A stretch of DNA of 64,000 bases from Malacoraja senta (Eukaryota), in contig CM075987.1 in the NCBI GenBank assembly GCA_038087875.1, forward strand, positions 27,840,001 to 27,904,000. The letters run 5' to 3'. Positions 37,650-50,032 of the stretch are shown here, piece after piece. Position numbers and translations under genes: made by a program. Every line of letters begins with the position of its first letter. Position 1 is the stretch's first letter. The notes under the pieces are model-generated. The model did not search any database, was not told where the DNA came from, and saw only the letters and a list, made by a program, of their open reading frames with translations.

Positions 37650-38450
37650 GGTAACAGATAACGGAAACAGTAGCATTTTACAGTATGAGGATGTTGCCAG
37701 GATTCAAGGGTCTGAACTGTAGGGAGAGGTTGAGCAAGTCAGTACTCTATTCCTTGAGTCGCAGGAGGACGTGGGGTGATCTAATGGAGGTGTATAAAAT
37801 CATGAGAGGAATAGATCGGGTAGACGCACAAAGTCTCTTGCCCAGAGTAAGGGATTCAAGAACTAGAGGACATAGGTTTAAGGTGAAGGGGGAAAGATTT
37901 AATAGGAATCGGAGGGGTACGTTTTTCAAACAAAAGGGTGGTGGGTCATTGGAACGAGGTAATTGAGGCAGGGACTATTGCAACGTTTAAGAAATAACTA
38001 GACAGGTACATGGATAGGACAAGTTTAGAGGGATATGAGCCAAAAGCAGGCAGGTGTGACTAGTATAGAGGGGTGTGTAAGAAGGAACTGCAGATGTGGT
38101 CTCGCTGATGTATAAAAATCCACATCTTGAACAACGGATACAGTAGATGAGGTTGGAGGAGGTGCAAGTGAACCTGAAAGGACTGTCGGGGTCTGGACTG
38201 TGGAGGGAGGAGGTATAACGACAGGTGTTGCATCTTCTGTGGTTGCAGGGGAAAGTACCTGGGATGGGGGGAGGGGGAAGGGATGAGTTAACCTGGGAGT
38301 TGCGGAAAGAACGGTCTCTGCGTGGGCAAGTTGGGCCAAAGGGCCTGTTTCCACGCTGTGTGATTCTGTGACTCGCAGAGAGCCAGAGGGGGTTTTGGTG
38401 AATCATAAACTGGTGCCATTGACCTGCTATCAGGGCCCATTCACTAGCTG

Positions 38451-38454
<4 letters not shown>

Positions 38455-38511
<57 letters not shown>
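38455..38511. repeat. (CT)n microsatellite
   Basis: Perfect CT dinucleotide run. Confidence 0.95.
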
Positions 38512-38514
<3 letters not shown>

Positions 38515-40007
38515 TGACTGGAACTGTGGGCAGCCCAGAGATTAGACGCACAAAATTAGAAATGTGATGAATAATGTCGAGAACAGGGGACGTGAGAACT
38601 CATTCTCTTAAAATGACACGACATTGGAAACTATTTGTCCCTCAATAACTAAGTCATCACTGTAGTTACATCCTTTTCCCCCACCCCCACAACATCCCAT
38701 TCTGATGAAGGGTCTCGACCCCAAACATCACCCAATACTTCTCTCTACAGATGCTGCCTGTTACTGAGTTACTCCAGAATTTTGTGTCTATCTTCAGTTT
38801 AAACCAGCATCTGCAGTTCCTTCCTACACGTCCCATTCTTAAACATTTCTGCTTTTCAGGTACACGACATTAGCTCTTTAGACCAGCGCGGCTTGTTTTA
38901 CGGAAAGGAAACTGCTGACACAGCGAGCTTTATCGCGCCACAATGCCCCCAGTGAACGTTAGCTGTTGTGAATTCTAGACTTTTTAGCAGGAAGTGTAGC
39001 TATATTTAATCAGACACTCATCCTACTACCATCGAGGGGATCTGTCGCAGTCGCTGCCTCAAAAAGGCTGCCAACAGCAATACTCAATGCTGATAATTGA
39101 CTTCCCAGCAGAGCTTGTGCCAGGAACCGTGAAGCACGGGCTCTGCTGAGCAGTGAATGGAGGAATATCTGCGGGATATATCCTGGTGTCCACTTGCACA
39201 TGTGGGAATGCGGCAAGCCGCTGTGGACCAGCAAGTGGGCTTGCTGACGCTCAGTGTTTGCTTCCTCTTCTGCATTAAACATCCTGCGGCTCTGAACTTC
39301 ACCCACAACTTGTCACAGTTCTTTCGACACCCACTTTCAAACATTCTTGCTGAGAAATTGAATCCCACCCATTACTGCGTTTAACCCCGTTGGAGTACCT
39401 GCAAAAGATGCCTACATTGGAGAAATGAACAAATCATGTGCACCTTTGCCCAGCAATAGAGAACTGTTGGCATCTCACGTGTTTCCCATCAGCCACAGTG
39501 TGTGGAGCAAGAGGGGGGGAGTTAGAGTGTGGAGTATCTGTACCTGAGCCCAGTCTGGCCCAGCTGGCACCAGCACCAACTTAGAGAGAGAGATAGATTA
39601 TTGATCAGTACAGGTGTCAGAGTTTATGGGGAGAAGGCAGGAGAATGGGGTTAGGAGGGAGAGATAGATCAGCCGTGCTTGAATGGCGCAGTAGACTTGA
39701 CGGGCCGAATGGCCTAATTCTACACCTATTCATTATGATCTTATGACCTTCCAAGAATTCTGCTCAACGTGACATGGCTGACACTGAAGACAGACACAAA
39801 AAGCTAGAGTAACTCAGCGGGACAGGCAGCATCTCTGGAGAGAAGGAATGGGTGATGTTTCGGGTCAAGACTACGAATGACTGCCTGTGCCCTGGCTGAC
39901 CGCTCACTCTGAGATGGGCAATAGAGAACTGTTGGCATCTCACGTGTTTCCCATCAGCCACAGTGTGTGGACGATGGGATGAGAGAGCAGCGAGAGGGGG
40001 GAGTTAG

Positions 40008-40775
40008 AATGTCCAGCAAAACCAAGGAACTGATTGTGGACTTTGGAAGGGGTAGGATGGGGACCCAGTCCTGTTTATATCAACGGGTCGATGGTGGAAA
40101 GGGTCAAGAACTTCAAATTCCTGGGCATGCATATTTCCGAAGCTCTCTCCTGGTCCCAGAACACTGATGCAATTATAAAGAAAGCACATCAGCGCCTCTA
40201 CTTCCTGAGAAGATTACGGAGAGTCGGTTTGTCAAAGACGACTCTCTCGAACATCTACAGGTGCATAGTAGAGAGCATGCTGACCGGTTGCATCGTGGCT
40301 TGGTTCGGCAACTTGTGCGTCCAGGAGCGGAAAAGGCTGCAAAAAGTTGTAAACAATGCCCAGTCCATCATCGGCTCTGACCTCCCTACCATCGAGGGGA
40401 TCTGTCGCAGTCGCTGCCTCAAAAAGGCTGCCAACATCATCAAGGTCCCACACCATCTTTGCCACACACTCATCTCTCCGCTGCCATCAGGTAGAAGGTA
40501 CAGGAGCCTGAAATCTGCAACATCCAGATTCAGGAATAGCTACTTCCCCACAGCCATCAGACTATTAAACACAACTTCAAACAAACTATGAACTATAACA
40601 GCCTATTGCACTTTATCTGTTTACTGATGTATGTATATATATATTCTATGGTATATGGACACACTGATCTGATCTGTATTTATGACTACAATATCCTGCT
40701 GTGCTGCAGCAATGCAAGAGTTTCATTGTCCAATCTGGGACACATGACAATAAACTCTCTTGACTTGACTTGACA
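40008..40775 (+). mobile_element. Rex1-like LINE 3' fragment
   Basis: ORF 40034..40591 with FKFLG, QRLYFLRRL and SYFPTAIRLLN; (CTTGA)n tail. Confidence 0.88.
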
Positions 40776-41922
40776 TAAGGGAGTGACGTTGATAAGGTGG
40801 CAGTGCGGGGGGCAATGGGGTGTTTCAACCTCAGCATGTGTGGGCAAACCAGTGTTTCCAGAGGGTGGGGCGGGGTGAGGCGGTGGGGTGGGATGGGGGG
40901 GTTGGGGTGCGGGGGCGGGGCGGTGGCCTAAATCAAACAGAAACGGACCTTTACTGTTTCAGACGGAGGCAATGTGTTAGAGGGGGAGGGACAGGCAGTT
41001 AGTCCTGTCTGCCAGGAGTCTGGGCATTGAGGGAGCAGCATGTTATGGGTGAATGTATCCGCTCTGGGTGCTGCCAGCTTGCTGTGCTAGAGGTGATTAG
41101 CTGTAGGGCAGGTTCGGGTCTCAGCTAGCTCATGAGCACACGCAGAACTTTTGCAGAATTTGCATTCTGTGCAAATGAGCCTCTGAGTCTGTCTCTTATT
41201 GGCCTTTGAAAGCAGGCGGGTGTAAACAATGAAGTCACACCACGCACACTGGCCCCATTCACCCAGTGAAGCTGCAGAGATGAGAAGCATGATAATATTT
41301 CACAACAGCTCAGTGGTGCTGTACATGCTGTGGAAAATGCCTGTCGACTTTTCAGTTTAGAGTCAAGCAGGGTTAGGCACTACCATCTCATTTAACTGCA
41401 GATAGAATAATGTGTGATCAACTCCCCGTGTACAGCAGAGACTCAGTGCGGACACTGTAAATGAATGGCCACTGTTGTACAGTACCGCATGAACACAGAC
41501 TGGACACTATTGTACAGTGCACCACCGACTCAGTGTGGACACTGTAACACAAACTGGCCACTGTTGTACAGTTCACTAATAGTTGTACAATACAGCACAG
41601 ACTCAGGGTAAACACTTGCCTGAGGAACAATATTCACAGCACTCACTTTGCTTTTGAAATGGTTACTTCATTTTAGCAACAACAGATATTTTCCTTGACA
41701 GAAAGTGAACAGTAGACAGAGGCATCATGAATTGTCTTTTTGCACAAAGTTACTCAATGTGTGTAGCGTGGTCTGGTTAGAGTTAGTGAGCGAGTGAGTG
41801 TCCAACACACCTGCCCTGTACCATTCCATTAGTAAACCCAGAGCCAGGGGCAAGCAGAGAGAGCATGATGAATGTCCCAAAGCCTCTCCTGACATTGTGT
41901 TGCTGAGAATCAGCCTTAGTCA

Positions 41923-43182
41923 TCAATGCAAGAGGTTCATTTTGGAGTCTACGTGCTTGCAGCCGTGGACAGAGTACTGGTGCTCGCCAACAGAGTGGTA
42001 ATTCAGCTCGCCGGACAGCTTGTCCAGATGGGCCGAGTCTGGGTAGAATCCTTCTGCCATCATCTTTTCTAAGAAGCACTCGAGGATGTGGTGTCTCTGG
42101 AGCAGGGTGAAGGGCACAATGTCTGCATGGTTCCACAGTGGGTGGATGTGTACCAGTGAAGACTGCACCATGAAGAGAAGCTCTTCAGACTTTGCTGGCT
42201 GCTGGGTCATGCCACTAGAAGCGTTGTGGAGAACAAACTTGGTTATCTCAGCCTGCCCGTGGTTGCTGATCAATATGTACACCACATTGAGGAACTCGTT
42301 GGTCTGGTTGGGTTGGAGGAAGTTGTGCAGGAAGTCCAGGAGGCCGGGCTGCATGAACTCCACCTCGTCGAAGATGAGCAGTGGAATCTTCTCCTCATCC
42401 TCGGCACGGCTGACTATCTCCGAGATGATCACCTGCAGCTCCTGCTGACAGCTGGTCACGTTGTTGTGGGTCGGGCAGTGATGCAGCACAAAGTACTGGT
42501 GCACCAGCTCGTCACCCAGCACTGAACGGAAGTGTTTGGCCAGCAGTCTGCCCACCAGGCTCTTGCCCACCCCGATGGGCCCATTGACAGAGAGCACCAG
42601 CGGTTTGTTGTGACTGTGAGTGGACAGGTAGTCATTCAGCAGATCCATCACACTATCAATGGCAACCGCCTGCCCAAACACCTCCCTCTTAAGTGTCTTC
42701 TCCAGCCCAGCCAAGTCATATTTTAGCACGTTGTCATCCAGGTTCTCGATGGCGTTGTATATCTGAAAGAACACAATAACACTCAGCAAGAAGAGGCAGT
42801 GTTTGGCCTTGCTTTTCTTCTTCTCGGGAAGGTACTTCCGGCTGTCGTTTGGGTAGAGCACTTTGCGCTTCTTGTGTGAGCGCCGCTTCCTGGTGGCCCT
42901 GACGGGGACCTTGTCGAAGGTGAAATACTCTGGCGGCTTGCCCCTGTTCCTGGCCCCGCGACCCTGGCACTCCTGCCCCTTGAGCCCCGGCCTCTCCCCG
43001 TCACCAGGCTCCCGCTGCTCTGTGCTGACCCTCCGCCTCTTCATCAACAGGTACTTGTGGCGGATGCGGCAGGCGGCTCTCAGGGGAGACGAAAAGGTGG
43101 ACATCTTGTGTCTGGGCACAGGCACCCCATTGGGCATGGACTCCATCGCTCGTCTGGTTGGCTCAGGCCCCTTGGGTTCCAT
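41923..43182 (-). CDS. TOR4A: Torsin-4A (AAA+ ATPase), 419 aa
   Basis: ATG at 43182 after acceptor gttcttgttacag; TM helix, NAIENLDD, VFGQ, Walker A GPIGVGKS, Walker B LIFDEVE, sensor-1 ILISN and C-terminal GCK torsin motif. Confidence 0.95.
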   Translation of the reverse strand: MEPKGPEPTRRAMESMPNGVPVPRHKMSTFSSPLRAACRIRHKYLLMKRRRVSTEQREPGDGERPGLKGQECQGRGARNRGKPPEYFTFDKVPVRATRKRRSHKKRKVLYPNDSRKYLPEKKKSKAKHCLFLLSVIVFFQIYNAIENLDDNVLKYDLAGLEKTLKREVFGQAVAIDSVMDLLNDYLSTHSHNKPLVLSVNGPIGVGKSLVGRLLAKHFRSVLGDELVHQYFVLHHCPTHNNVTSCQQELQVIISEIVSRAEDEEKIPLLIFDEVEFMQPGLLDFLHNFLQPNQTNEFLNVVYILISNHGQAEITKFVLHNASSGMTQQPAKSEELLFMVQSSLVHIHPLWNHADIVPFTLLQRHHILECFLEKMMAEGFYPDSAHLDKLSGELNYHSVGEHQYSVHGCKHVDSKMNLLH

Positions 43183-43897
43183 CAATGTGCTCCCTGTAAC
43201 AAGAACAAGAACTATTTAACCAACACTGCAAAAAAAAACACACACCCTCCTCACCCTGCCTCCGCAAGGTCAGCAGCATAATCAAGGACCAGTTGCACCC
43301 TGGCCACTCCCTCTTCCCCCCACTCCCATTCGGCAAAAGGTATAGAAGTATGAAAACACACACCTCCAGATTCAGGGACAGTTTCTTCCCAGCTGTTGTC
43401 AGGCAACTGAACCATCCTACCACAACCAGAGAACAGTCTTGAAATACTATCTAGCTCATTGGAGATCCTCAGACTATCTTTTATCAGACTCTACTGGCGT
43501 TATGTTGCACTAAACGTTATTGCCTTTATCCTGTATCTGTACACCATGAATGGATGAATTGTAATCATGTACTGTCTTTCTGCTGGCTGGTTAGCACGCA
43601 GCAAAAAGCTTTTCACTGTACCTCGGTACACGTGACAATAAACTAAACTGAACTGAGCTCAAAGACAGGGTATTGAACTAGAAGGCACTGAATCAAGCTT
43701 TAAGTTGGGTAACCAAGGGGAGCAATCAGGGCTGAGGGACTGGGCACTGGAGAAACGCCCATGGTTCTGGGCATTCCTGCAAGGCCAAAACACAGGGTTA
43801 AATAATCCCACAGCAATGGGGTCGGGCAGCAACTACAAACACACCCGCAACCCAAGAGGTTCCCTGAGGACACCTGATGTTTCTGTCCAGTACTCAC

Positions 43898-44010
43898 CCT
43901 ACAAGTCATGGGCTCAAGCTCAGCCGCTGTCCCAGCGAAAGGTCCCAGCTACTTCCTAACTACAGCTCGCCGCTACTGAGAAGCTGTGTACTGTCCACAC
44001 TATATCAGGA
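43898..44010 (-). other. Possible 5' exon of TOR4A
   Basis: Strong minus-strand donor AGG|gtgagta at 43897 in unique sequence about 700 bp upstream of the TOR4A acceptor; ETS-like ACTTCCTG nearby. The upstream boundary is a guess. Confidence 0.35.
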
Positions 44011-44789
44011 AGTCCTGATGTAAAGAGTTGCTTCTGTTCAGCAGTGAGGTTGCTCCTCCCCTTCCCCTTCTGCACGTTTGTGCACCGGCCTGCTGAAACT
44101 GTCTGGCCTGCAGCTCCCCACAACTAGGAGAGGCCTGTTACTCCCCTCTCAAGCCCACTCACCCCCTCACACACTCACTGTACCCATCACAGTGGGCTGC
44201 ATGTTACTCCCCTCTCCAGCCCACTCACCCCCTCCACACCCTGGCACACTGCACCCACCGGCGTGCCAGAGACCGCTTACTTCCTGCTCTCTCTACAAAC
44301 ATATCAATTCATACCCTTTGTGTGGGAAAGAATTGCAGATGCTGGTTTAAATCGAAGATAGACACAGAATGCTTGGGGTAACTCAGCGGGACAGGCAGCA
44401 TTTCTGGAGAGATTCTCCAGAGAGATTCTCTCCAGAGATGCTGCCTGTCCCGCTGAGTTACTCCAGCATTTTGTGTCTATCTTCAATTCTGCCCACGTAT
44501 CTACGAATTTACTTTATATTTCACAATCTCGAGACCCAGGGCATTTATATTTCACAACTTCTGAACAAGGTGTTTTATAATCAATTAACCAGTTTCAAAG
44601 TTCTGTGTATAGACAAAAAACCTGGAGTAACTCAGCGAGTTAGACAGCATCTCTGGAAAAAAAGGAATAGGTGACGCTTTGGGTGGAGTTGTGTAATTGG
44701 GGATCATCAGTGGGCATTTCAACAGCATTGTGGGTACCCCCGTGCCCAGTGATCTTACTTTAATCCATGGATCCTGCAAATATCGAAAT

Positions 44790-45670
44790 ATTTATCGATA
44801 TGAATGATTTGGTTGAGAACGTACATGGCATGCTTAGCAAGTTTGCAGATGACACTAAAGTGGGTGATTTTGCAGATAGTGAAGATGGCTGTGATGAATT
44901 GCAGTAGGATCTGGATCGATTGGCCAGGTGGGCTGAGGAATGGTTGATGGGATTTAATACAGAGAAATGTGAGGTGTGAGAAGTCTAACATGGGCAGGAC
45001 CTACACAGTGAATGGTAGGGCTCTGGGTAGTGTTGTAGAGCAGAGGGATCAAGGTGTCCAGGTACATACTTGCTTGAAAGTGTAGTCGCAGGTAGATAAG
45101 GTGGTCAAGAAGACTTTCGGCATATATAAGACGTTGGTGAAGGTGTATATAAAGTATTGTGTTCAGTTTTGAGCACCATATTATAGGAAAGATATTGTCA
45201 AGCTTGAAAGGGTTCAGAGAAGATTTAAGAGGATGTTGCCAGGACCTGAGGGACTGAGCTATGGGGAGAGGTTGAGCAGGTTGGGACTGTATTCCTTGGG
45301 GCACCAGAGGATGTAATCTTACAGAGGTGTAAAACATTTGAGAGGAATAGATCAGGTAAAAGCAGTCATTTGCCCAGAGCAGAAGAATCGAGAAGCAGAG
45401 GACCTGGTTTAAAGTGAGGGGGGATAAATGTAATGGGAACTTGAGGAGTAACTTTTTCACACAGAGGGTGGTGGGTGTCTGGAACGAGCTGCCGGAGGAG
45501 GTAGTTGAGGCTGATACTATTGCAACGTTTAAGAAACATTTAGACAGGTACATGGATAGGACAGGTTTAGAGGGATGACCAAACGCAAGCAGGTGGGACT
45601 AGTGTAGATGGGACATGTTGGTCGGTGTGGGCAAGTTGGGCTGAAGGGCCTGTTTCCACACTGTATGATT
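44790..45670 (+). mobile_element. Degenerate CR1 3' portion
   Basis: SKFADDTK, ERVQRRF.RMLPG and FFTQRVVG.WN.LP motifs. Confidence 0.85.
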
Positions 45671-47714
45671 CTTTCTAGATCTCTATACCTCTGGGAGCTT
45701 CTGCTCATTTCCCTCAGAATCAAAACATTACTTATGCTGGAATCCGGAAACGATACAAACAACATACTTTGGAAATCCTTGGTGGATTAGGCAGTATTTA
45801 TGGAGAAGGAAATTGCATTTGCTCTGCAGCTCCAAGCTGCACAGTGTCTCCACTTGGAATTATCGTCTAGTCTCCGACCTAAATCTCCCACTCAGTAACT
45901 CTGTGGCAGCAGGGATGGCTTCCTAGAGGTTGGAGAGGTCAGCACACCAAGAGCAGTTAGAGAGGGCTGGTAAATACTGCCCATACCAGTGACGTCTAGG
46001 GCAGCTGGTGAATTCAAAGTTCAATAACCTTTTAGCAGGACTGAGTCTTGAATACTTCTGTAAAATCTCCCCATGTCCACTCTACTCTTATTAGCAACTC
46101 CACCTCTCATTACTCCACAGAAACACTCAGAAAGCCAAGAAACGGGGCAGCATGGTGGCTCAGCAGTAGAGTTGCTGCCTCACAGTGCCAGAGATTCCAG
46201 TTCGATCCTGACCACGCGTGCTGTATGTACGGAGTTTGTACGTTCTCCCCATGACCGGGCATGTTTACGCACTTTATTTCTAAACTAAACTAAAAACAAA
46301 ACTAAACAGGTCCTTCAGCTGAGTGGGTCTGCACTGACCATCAAGCACTCATCTACATTCCTCTTACACTTTTCCTATTTTATTCTCTCAGATTCCCATC
46401 AATGTCCCTGAACATTCCACCACTCACCTGCAAACTCGGGGCAATCTCCAGTGGCCAATTAAACCCACTCACCTGCCTGTCTGAGCAGTAGGTAGAAAGC
46501 GGAGCACCTGGGGGAAACCCACACCATCTCCACACAGAACAGCACCAGAGGTCAGGATGTAGCAGTGGCTCTATTAGCTGCACAACTGTGTCCCATTACT
46601 GAGTAGGAAGGAACCGCAGATGCTGGTTTACACCAAAGATAGACACAAAGTGCTGGAGTAACTCTGCGGGTTAGGCCGCATCTCTGGAGAGAAGGAATAG
46701 GTGACGTTTCTGGTCGCGACCCTTCTTGGGTCTCGACCCGAAACGTCACCCATTCCTTCTCTCCAGAGATGCTGCCCGTCCCGCTGAGTTACTCCAGCAC
46801 TTTGTGTCCCATTACCGACAGCTTGCTGTATGGTTCTGGCTTCTTCGTTGCAAAATAATATCAAGGCAATGGAGACAGCCGGTAAAAAACGTTATATTAT
46901 CTGAAGAGGAAGTTATCACTGCCAGGAATGTTGAACAGGCTGGGGTTTACGGAAAAGGGAAGATTGACAGGTGAGGTGACCTTGAAAAGCTTTTGTAAAT
47001 GTTTAATCTGTGAGGGAATCAACATCCAAAATTCAAAGATATGAATGTGAAAGAAACTTTGTCCAGAGTGTGGTTAGAATGTGGAACAAGCTGCCACAAA
47101 GAGTAGTTGATGTTGGGGAAGCTGAACTCAAACCCAGAAGAAAAGAATAGTTCAATGAAGGGGGTTGATCTGCTGGAGTGAGAAGGGAGTTAATCCATGC
47201 TGAGATGGATGATGAGAGACTGTTTCCAGGCTGTAGGACAGAGCGTGGGGTTAAACTGGGAGAAGGGGTGATGGACCCAACGGTGGTGCAGTGGTAGAGT
47301 TGCTGCCTCACAGCACCAGAGACCTGGGTCCGATGCTATCTGTATGGAGTTTGTACGTTCTCCCCGTGACCGCCTGGGTTTTCTCCAGGTTTCCTCCCAC
47401 ACTCAAAAGACATGCAGGTTTGGAGTTTGGAGGGAGAGATAGATCAGCCATGATTGAATGGCAGAGTAGGCTTGATGGGCCGAATGGCCTAATTCTACTA
47501 GCACTTATGACCTATGAGTTGGTGGGCCGAAGGGCCTGTTTCCATGCTGTATCTCTAAACTGAACAAACTGGGAGAGAGAACACAGACTACATGGAGAGA
47601 ACACACAGTGCTGGAGACGTCACCTACACAGAGTAGACTTACTCCAGACCTGCCTCGTATACTTCAAACACCACGAAGGACTGGGCCTCTTGCTTTAGCT
47701 GCCGATTGGATTGT

Positions 47715-48382
47715 GTAATGCAGGCAGTGAAGAAAGCGAATGGTATGTTAGCATTCATAGCAAAAGGATTTGAGTATAGGAGCAGGGAGGTTCTACTGCA
47801 GTTGTACAGGGTCTTGGTGAGACCACACCTGGAGTATTGCGTACAGTTTTGGTCTCCAAATCTGAGGAAAGCCATTCTTGCCATAGAGGGAGTACAGAGA
47901 AGGTTCACCAGACTGATTCCTGGGATGTCAGGACTTTCATGTGAAGAAAGACTGGATAGACTTGGCTTGTACGCACTAGAATTTAGAAGATTGAGGGGGG
48001 ATCTTATAGAAACTTACAAAATTCTTAAGGGGTTGGACAGGCTAGATGCAGGAAGATTGTTCCCGATGTTGGGGAAGTCCAGGACAAGGGGTCACAGTTT
48101 AAGGATAAAGGGGAAATCCTTTAGGACCGAGATGAGAAAAACATTTTTCACACAGAGAGTGGTGAGTCTCTGGAACCCTCTGCCACAGAAGGTAGTTGAG
48201 GCCATTGGCTATATTTAAGAGGGAGTTAGATGTGGCCCTTGCGGCTAAAGGGATCAGGGGGTATGGAGAGAAGGCAGGTACGGGATACTGAGTTGGATGA
48301 TCAGCCATGATCATATTGAATGGCGGTGCAGGCTCGAAGGGCCGAATGGCCTACTCCTGCACCTATTTTCTATGTTTCTATG
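47715..48382 (+). mobile_element. CR1 3' portion, little decayed
   Basis: ORF 47706..48218 with LVRPHLEYCVQFWSP and RTRGHS; TTTCTATG tail. Confidence 0.9.
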
Positions 48383-49488
48383 TAATGCCTATAGTAATCA
48401 CCCAGAATCTTGGTGTCTTTGTTGATGTAGTCTCTGGCTGCCTAACCGTGCCCATGGAGAAGTTGCTGCCTCACAGCAGAGACCTGGGTTCCATCGTGCA
48501 TCAAACATGGATAAGTGACGTTTCCGGTCGGGACCCTTCTTCAGACAACTTCCAATTGAGAATCACCGGGTGCAGCTTATAGAAATAAATCATTGTGGAA
48601 TGCTCCAGTGCTGTGGTCCTGTGGGTCAGCCTGATGCTCAGTTACATGTTTGGCTGACAGTATGCACTGTTGGTTCTTCAGTAGCTGAGATGTCCCCACA
48701 CACCCACACACCCAGCCACCCTACAGACACCCTCTGCCTACCTACCTGTATGGTAATGCGCTCTTGCTGGTCTGTGGTCTTTGTCCAGCTCTCTAATCCT
48801 GTAGCCACGGTTAACACAGCACTGTTAGCTCACAGCTCAAGTAGATAAGTGCAGAGTCACACAACCTGCTAAACCACAGCTGAGTAATAAAACCACTTCC
48901 TCTCCCCCGGGCCCGCTCCCCACTGCTCTGTGAACGCTGTACCACACCATGCACTTTGGTGCAGCTGCGGGAGATGACATACACATCACAGTCATTCACA
49001 CAGAGAGGCCGTGCTGGGTTAATCACTAACTGACTGGCTGCCTGTTCAATGCTACTCAGTGCCCATTGTCAGGAGCAGGTCTGTGTGAATGGGCAGTGCC
49101 CAGCTAATCATTAGCAAGTGGTCATCAAGAATCAGTCCAACTGTGATAGACACCAAATGCTGGAGTAACTCAGAGGGTCAGACAGTATCTCTGGAGAGAA
49201 GGAATGGGTGAAGATTCTGATCAGGACCCTTCAAAGAATCTTGACCTGAAACGTCACCTATTCCTTTTCTCCAGAGATGCTGTCTGACCCGCTGAGTTAC
49301 TCCAGCTTTTTGTGTCTATCTTCTAGAGATCTCCATCCTTCCTGACTGCTGTATCCTCAGTTTTAGTCCCAGCATTAGAAAACGTTATTGTGCATTCTGT
49401 GCTCTCTCCACATCCTCATAAAATGTTCAGATGACTTCAGGTGGTAGACAAGACCTCTTCATTTTCTGAAAAACGCTTGATGGATAAG

Positions 49489-49786
49489 GGCAGCACAGTG
49501 GCGCGGCGGGTGGAGCTGCTGCCTCACAGCGCCAGCGATCCTGACAATGGGTGCTGCCTTTACGGCGTTTGTAAATCCACCCTGTGACCGCGTGGGTTTT
49601 CTCTGGGTACTCCGGTTTCCTCCCACATTCTAAAGATGTGCAGGTTTGTAGGTTAATCAGCTTCGGTAAATTTGTAAATTGTCCCCAGTGTGTGTAGGAT
49701 AGTGCAAGTATGCAGGGATTGCTGGTCGGCACGGACTCGGTGGGCCGAAGGGCATGTTTCTGCGCTGTATCTCTAAACTATACTAA
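49489..49786 (+). mobile_element. tRNA-derived SINE copy
   Basis: Same consensus, partly deleted B box. Further partial copies occur across the window, e.g. near 4100, 13190, 17930, 27070, 52710 and 62010. Confidence 0.75.
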
Positions 49787-50032
49787 GATGTTGAAGAGAC
49801 TTCTGCCTCTCACTCCCACCCCTCCTGCCATGCCGGCTTTGTGATGGTCGATCGGTCTGCTTCTCCCGGACATCACTGTATTTGTGTTCAGAGTCTCATT
49901 GCTGCTCTCGCCTATTTACAGCCTTATACTCCCAAATATCACAACTCCTGCTTATCTATCACGGCTCAGTTTACAATCACACGTCCTTCCTGATAGATTA
50001 TCATGAGTCAATAGTGCAGAGTTTAATTGTCA

